DNA of 64,000 nucleotides from Verrucomicrobiia bacterium (GTDB taxonomy: Bacteria > Verrucomicrobiota > Verrucomicrobiia > Palsa-1439): positions 4,489 to 68,488 of the forward strand of contig DATKNW010000044.1 in the NCBI GenBank assembly GCA_035541135.1, in the 5' to 3' direction. The notes below the pieces were generated by a model. That model was given only the letters and a program-made list of their open reading frames with translations, searched no databases and was not told the DNA's origin. Below are positions 59,336-64,000 of the stretch, piece by piece (the stretch's first letter is position 1; each line of letters starts with the position of its first letter). A program made the translations under genes and the position numbers.

Positions 59336-59836
59336 CTACTTCCAGTCGGTCTTCGTGCCGTTGATGCCTGTCGCCGTGCCCGCATTCCACAACTTCGCGT
59401 TCGGCAACGGCGCCGACCACAAATTGGAGGCGGGAGCGGTCGCCGATAACGTTGTGCTCGCGGTCGGGGCGCTCCTGGCCCAGGCGGATGGCGGCGAGGC
59501 ATTTGTTTGGGTCCACAACGATGAAGGCGCTGAGTTTGATGTTGCGGCTTCGCCGGCCGTCACCGCTTGCACTTTGTTCGTTTCGACCACACCGGGCTTG
59601 AGAGATTGTGGCACGTTTTGAAACGGCGCTGCCGGAACCTGCGGCGTGATGGCCACCGGAGTTGGAGACGGCACCGTCACCGCGTCTGGGGTCGTGACGT
59701 TCAACGTGGGCGAAACCGGCGGGCGCGCCACGGTCGTTGGCGGAAGCACCTCTTTCGGTGCCGTCTCGGCACACGCGACAGATGCAATGCCCGCCCCCAA
59801 AACCGCAACGATCATCGCTGTCCGCAACGAGTTCAT
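59336..59836 (-). CDS. Secreted Pro/Thr/Ser-rich hypothetical protein
   Basis: Signal peptide MNSLRTAMIVAVLGAGIASVACA. Low-complexity P/T/S/A-rich mature region. Confidence 0.4.
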   Translation of the reverse strand: MNSLRTAMIVAVLGAGIASVACAETAPKEVLPPTTVARPPVSPTLNVTTPDAVTVPSPTPVAITPQVPAAPFQNVPQSLKPGVVETNKVQAVTAGEAATSNSAPSSLWTQTNASPPSAWARSAPTASTTLSATAPASNLWSAPLPNAKLWNAGTATGINGTKTDWK

Positions 59837-59873
59837 CTGGCCGTCAAATCTGCGCGGATGCGTACCCCGGTTT

Positions 59874-61169
59874 TCAATTGTTCGAATGCGCCGCCGTCGC
59901 CGCCGTCGCGCTCGCGTACCGGGACGACTTGTTCCAGGCGTCGCCGAGCGAAAACTCCACATACGGTCGGTCGGCAGCGCGAATGTTGTCCTGGCGATTC
60001 GCCACCCAAATCCTGTCCGCCGTCAGATCGTAAATCACGGTCTGCAAATTCGATTTCATCGCGATCTGCTTCGCCAGTTCCTGGATCGCCGCGACATCAA
60101 TCGCGCCGGCCATCTGTTGCACCAGCTTCGCCTGCTTGCTCTGATAATGGCCGCCGTACACCATGTCGTGAAATTGCGGCATCGTTTCACGGTCGACCAC
60201 CAACGTGTCGCCTTGGTTGGCGTGATGGGTCAGGCATCGATACGCGGACGTGATCATGCCGATCGGGTCGTCGCGCCTGTCGCCGAGAAAATACACGTAC
60301 GAATTCGTCCGCCGCGCCGCCCGAATGATTGCCGCGCCTTCATCCACGCTGTCGGCGTACCGCAATACGTTCTTCAGCAGAAATGGCATCGGCGTGCCTG
60401 CCAGCGTCTTGCCGCCCGGCGGAACGCCAAATCCCATCTCGCTCAGCGCCACGCCCTTCTCGTTCACGCCCGAAATCGCGCCGACGAACCCAATCCAGCC
60501 GATCGTCACGTACTGGTTCGCGTTGTCGGTCGTCGGACGATACACCGTGATCATCGGACGCCGCTGGAGGTTGAAGTTGGCCCCGTAATCGAGAATCCGA
60601 AGTTGGTACACGTGACCGTCGCGCGTCGCGCTGCCCCTGGCCACCATCCCGCTGCAACTTGATTCGCCCACGTCGGGGATCGCGTGCATCTGGTGAATCA
60701 AATCCAGGGGGATGCCGCTGCCCGCCGCCAACCCTGCCATTTCTTCCAGGTCCTCTTTCGGCGCGTATCGGGCCATCATGTCCCAAGCGCGCTGGAGCAG
60801 GTCGCTGATGATGTCGTCCTTCTCCCGTTGCGAGATCAATTTCGAATCGCGGAGCTCTTTCGGCAGAAACTTGCCCGCGCCCGCCTGCACGTCGCGAATC
60901 GTCGCCGCCACCTGGTCGGCCAGCAGCTGCCCCTGCTCGTAGCCCATCTCGTACGGCGTGCCGCTGACGTAGAGCACCGTAATTCGCGCGTCGCCCTCGC
61001 CGATGTACTCGACACGCCCAACATGCGCGACCGTGCGGTCTGGTTTCGGGGGAGTAAGTACCTTCACGACCCTGGGATTGTTCATCACCAGGGTTTTCGC
61101 CACCGTCCCGCACCCCACCGCGAACGCGGCGCACAGGCACAACACCCACAATCGCCTGCTGATCTTCAT
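59874..61169 (-). CDS. Peptidase C45 family acyl-CoA:6-aminopenicillanic-acid acyltransferase-like lipoprotein
   Basis: Lipobox MKISRRLWVLCLCAAFAVGC. The SCSGM segment is consistent with the C45 autoproteolytic Cys. Overall length and order match C45 proteins. Confidence 0.6.
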   Translation of the reverse strand: MKISRRLWVLCLCAAFAVGCGTVAKTLVMNNPRVVKVLTPPKPDRTVAHVGRVEYIGEGDARITVLYVSGTPYEMGYEQGQLLADQVAATIRDVQAGAGKFLPKELRDSKLISQREKDDIISDLLQRAWDMMARYAPKEDLEEMAGLAAGSGIPLDLIHQMHAIPDVGESSCSGMVARGSATRDGHVYQLRILDYGANFNLQRRPMITVYRPTTDNANQYVTIGWIGFVGAISGVNEKGVALSEMGFGVPPGGKTLAGTPMPFLLKNVLRYADSVDEGAAIIRAARRTNSYVYFLGDRRDDPIGMITSAYRCLTHHANQGDTLVVDRETMPQFHDMVYGGHYQSKQAKLVQQMAGAIDVAAIQELAKQIAMKSNLQTVIYDLTADRIWVANRQDNIRAADRPYVEFSLGDAWNKSSRYASATAATAAHSNN

Positions 61170-61246
61170 CCCGTCGTTCACGTCCGTCTAAGGTACAATT
61201 TACCCCGGTTTCGGGGATTTGCCAGTGCCCGGCTCTCGCCCGCCTG

Positions 61247-61810
61247 TCAATGATACGTCACACCGTCCATGGTCGAGCCGTTGTGGCGCCAGTAGTTCGT
61301 CTGGTCAGTGTTTGAATCCGCTGGTGGAAAGGCCAGGCCGCTGCCGTTCATCCCGGCGGAATTGGTCGGCGTCAGCAACAGCGCGCCCGACGAAACGGCG
61401 TTGAGCCTGTCCCGCGAACCTCCAGGGGCCGACGCCATGGATTTGGTGATCAGGTCCCGGGTCGTCGGGATGTTCAGCGGCATCGGACGCAGCGGGGGAG
61501 CCGCCGCGGGTGAAAACGCGGGCGCCGGCGCCGCCGCCGATGGAATCTGCACGGGCACGGCTTGCGGCACGGTGATCGCTGGCTGTTGTGGTGCGAGCGC
61601 GGCCGGTGATTGTTGCGGCCGGATCAGCGGAGGCAGCTGCGGGTCGGTCCGGAAAGGTATCGCGGGCGCGTTCGTGACGGCCTCCGCGCCCGGCATGGAC
61701 AACGCCGGCTGGTTGGTCGCGTCTCTGATTTGTCCCCACGCGATTCCGCGGACCAAAACCACCACAGCCAAAATACCGATGAACTTCCGCGCTGTCGTCA
61801 TCGTCCTCAT
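61247..61810 (-). CDS. Secreted proline-rich hypothetical protein
   Basis: TM/signal MTTARKFIGILAVVVLVRGIAWG, then a P/A/Q-rich sequence. No family recognised. Confidence 0.35.
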   Translation of the reverse strand: MRTMTTARKFIGILAVVVLVRGIAWGQIRDATNQPALSMPGAEAVTNAPAIPFRTDPQLPPLIRPQQSPAALAPQQPAITVPQAVPVQIPSAAAPAPAFSPAAAPPLRPMPLNIPTTRDLITKSMASAPGGSRDRLNAVSSGALLLTPTNSAGMNGSGLAFPPADSNTDQTNYWRHNGSTMDGVTYH

Positions 61811-61903
61811 ATACTTACTGAAGAGCAAGAACCGTGTCCAGTTCTCAACAAAAACCGGCGTGATCAACGCCCAGGACAGATCGGCGACCGTGCGCGCCGA
61901 ACC

Positions 61904-63361
61904 TCACTCCTCGTTGCCGCCGCCGTAGCCGAAGTAGTGGCGGGATTTGATGATGTCGCGGACGGACGCCGGGACCATGGTTTCCCACGCGGGATCGCCC
62001 GCGCGGATTTTCTTCAGCAGGTCGCTGTAGTTGATGTCGAGATTCTTGAAATTGATGCCCTGAAGGTCCTCGATGAGATGGTTGGCCCAGAGATGGGCCA
62101 GCAGATGCCGCATGTTTTCGGGCACGGGAATGTTCTCCGTTGTGATCAGCTTCTCATTGGCTTCCTTGCGCGGGTACACGTACAACCGCACCGGTCCTTC
62201 GAAAAGCCGTCCCAGCGCTTCGAGCAAGCCGCCTGGCAGCTCGGTATAATACCGCTCATCGAGCAGTTCCTGCACGGTCGGCATCCCGACGGCCATGCCG
62301 ATGGCGCTCTGCGTGGAACGCCGCAGATACTCCACGACGCGGAAGAATTCGCCATGCCGCGTGACCATCACCGTCTTGCCAATCGTCCCGATCGTGTCGA
62401 CGCGGGCTAGGAAATCCGCCGGCTGAATGTTCACGTTCTGGAGCAGGTTGCGCATCGTGATCTCCATCAACACCACCGCGTCCCTGTTCTCGGGCGCCGA
62501 CGCCATGAACTGCCGCCGTGCGCATTCCAGCATGTCGACGTGCAAATTGTTCACCGGCCGAAACGTGCCGCGCTCGACCAGCACCGGCTTCTTGTATAGC
62601 ACCTCCGAGGGCTGCACGACCTCGCCATCCACCGTAAACATCACCGCCTCGGTCAGCCCTTGCTCGACCAGTTGCAGGCTGATCAATCGGTTATCGACCT
62701 TCGCGAACGCCGGCCCGGAGAACTTGATCATGTCCACGTCGACCCGGCTCTTGCTGAGGTGGTCGAGCAGCGAGGTGATCAGGTACTGCGGCCGCTCGAA
62801 ATGAAACAGGGCCCCGTAGATCAGGTTCACCCCGATGATCCCGAGCGCCTCCTGTTCGCGCACGTTTTCCTCGTCCAACATCCGCACGTGGATCATTACC
62901 TGCGACGGTTCGGCGCGGGGCGCGGCTTGAAACTTGATGCCCAGCCAGCCGTTGGAGTCATCCTTGCGCGTGTAGCTGCGGGCGGCAACCGTGTTGGCAA
63001 ACGCAAAGAAACAGGTTGTCGCGCCGCGCGCCGCGTCGAGCCGTTCGATCAGCAGATTGTACTCGTAATCGAGCATCTGCTGCAGCCGCCGCCGGCTCAC
63101 GTAGCGATCCGTGGAACCATAGATCGCATCGCTGACGGTCTTGTCGTAGGCGGAAATCGTTTTGGCCACCGTGCCCGCTGCGCCGCCAACGCGGAAAAAC
63201 CACCGGGCGACCTCCTGGCCCGCGCCGATCTCGGCAAACGTGCCGTACTTCGTCGAGTCGAGGTTGACATGGAACGCCTTCTGGCCCGTATCGACAATCG
63301 GCTCGCCCGGCTCCGGTTGTGCCGACCACTGCGGCTGTGGTTTTGCGCTCGGTTCTGTCAT
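61904..63361 (-). CDS. Conserved hypothetical protein (485 aa)
   Basis: Long ORF with TGA/ATG junction to tsaB (63358-63361). Contains FAEIGAGQEVARWFF, but no family could be assigned from memory. Confidence 0.5.
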   Translation of the reverse strand: MTEPSAKPQPQWSAQPEPGEPIVDTGQKAFHVNLDSTKYGTFAEIGAGQEVARWFFRVGGAAGTVAKTISAYDKTVSDAIYGSTDRYVSRRRLQQMLDYEYNLLIERLDAARGATTCFFAFANTVAARSYTRKDDSNGWLGIKFQAAPRAEPSQVMIHVRMLDEENVREQEALGIIGVNLIYGALFHFERPQYLITSLLDHLSKSRVDVDMIKFSGPAFAKVDNRLISLQLVEQGLTEAVMFTVDGEVVQPSEVLYKKPVLVERGTFRPVNNLHVDMLECARRQFMASAPENRDAVVLMEITMRNLLQNVNIQPADFLARVDTIGTIGKTVMVTRHGEFFRVVEYLRRSTQSAIGMAVGMPTVQELLDERYYTELPGGLLEALGRLFEGPVRLYVYPRKEANEKLITTENIPVPENMRHLLAHLWANHLIEDLQGINFKNLDINYSDLLKKIRAGDPAWETMVPASVRDIIKSRHYFGYGGGNEE

Positions 63362-64000
63362 GCTCCGATCACCTTGTACTGTGGCGTACGCAAATAAATG
63401 GGTTCGATGGTCTCGTCGCCGCGATTATTATCGCCCCGAAAACGGTGAATTGCCAGCCCGCCCACCGCCGCGGCGCTCGGATACACCGGCGCCTCCGCAA
63501 TCGACGCGAAACCTCCCAACAGCGTCACCAGGTCCTTCTTGTATCGTTCGATCTCGGAACTGACAAACCAAATCGGCTGCTGAACCTCGTCGGCCAGGGC
63601 CTCGATCGCGGCGATCCGGCATTCCTTGACCGGCCGGCCCTCGCGATCGTACAGCGCGTAATAGATTTCGTCCCGGCGCGCGTCGCCGAGGACGCATATC
63701 TGCGGGCAATCCCGCGGCATCTTCGGGAGCGCCGTCAACGCGAGCGCATCGTAACTACTTGCGCCTTTGATCGGCAGTTGTCGCGGCAGAGCCAGCCCCT
63801 TGGCGGCAGCGATGCCCGCGCGGATTCCGGTAAACGATCCCGGTCCGAGGCCGACAGCCAGCAATTCCAGGTCTGCCGGGCCGAGACGGTGCTCCGACAG
63901 CAACCGGGCCGCTGCGTCGAAAAGATTCTGGCCGGTCTGGGAGCGATCGAACCATTCTTCGCCCAGCGGCTTGTCGTCGCGCAACAACGCCACCGCGCCG
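63358..64000 (-). CDS. tsaB: tRNA threonylcarbamoyladenosine biosynthesis protein TsaB (N-terminus lies outside the window)
   Basis: LGPGSFTGIRAGIAAAKGLAL is the TsaB/YeaZ signature. The ORF runs off the window edge. Confidence 0.8.
   Translation of the reverse strand, partial: GAVALLRDDKPLGEEWFDRSQTGQNLFDAAARLLSEHRLGPADLELLAVGLGPGSFTGIRAGIAAAKGLALPRQLPIKGASSYDALALTALPKMPRDCPQICVLGDARRDEIYYALYDREGRPVKECRIAAIEALADEVQQPIWFVSSEIERYKKDLVTLLGGFASIAEAPVYPSAAAVGGLAIHRFRGDNNRGDETIEPIYLRTPQYKVIGA

Overview
This window is a high-GC (~65%) bacterial chromosomal segment. The GloVer-repeat protein and the choice-of-anchor/HYR beta-helix protein suggest a Verrucomicrobia-like organism. It is densely packed, mostly with + strand housekeeping and cell-envelope genes: ypfP-like GT28 glycosyltransferase, LpxL-like acyltransferase, GT9 heptosyltransferase, GH3 beta-glucosidase and a GT39/ArnT-like transferase. 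Other housekeeping genes are pheS-pheT, rarA, a 5-formyl-THF cyclo-ligase, rny-ymdB, bioF-bioA, erpA/iscA, thiC behind a clear TPP riboswitch with terminator platform, pgi, alr and tsaB. There is one tRNA-Pro(CGG). No rRNA genes or CRISPR arrays were found.

Features not explained by housekeeping function:
1. bioF continues in frame, with no stop, into a complete REP-associated tyrosine transposase (RAYT/IS200-like HUH) domain. Its stop codon overlaps the bioA start codon.
2. A lower-GC stretch (about 51.2-56.2 kb) carries a foreign-looking Ser/Thr kinase with an uncharacterised ~200-aa C-terminal domain. It also carries three zinc-ribbon proteins, a phage CII/CP76-like regulator translationally coupled to a NUDIX hydrolase, and a ~0.9-kb repeat-bearing non-coding region.
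3. An insulated two-gene operon (42.4-43.5 kb) encodes a nucleoside 2-deoxyribosyltransferase-like protein plus a small helical protein. It lies downstream of a strong terminator and a secreted Gly/His-rich tandem-repeat protein.
4. A low-GC trio sits next to thiC: a secreted hypothetical protein, an HTH fused to a PTS-EIIA(Ntr) domain, and a DUF2148 protein.
5. A tRNA-Pro 3'-end direct repeat lies next to two orphan genes.
6. Paired REP-like GTAG-bearing hairpins lie between lemA and an htpX-like gene.

Many long antisense ORFs in the six-frame track are GC-driven artefacts and were rejected.
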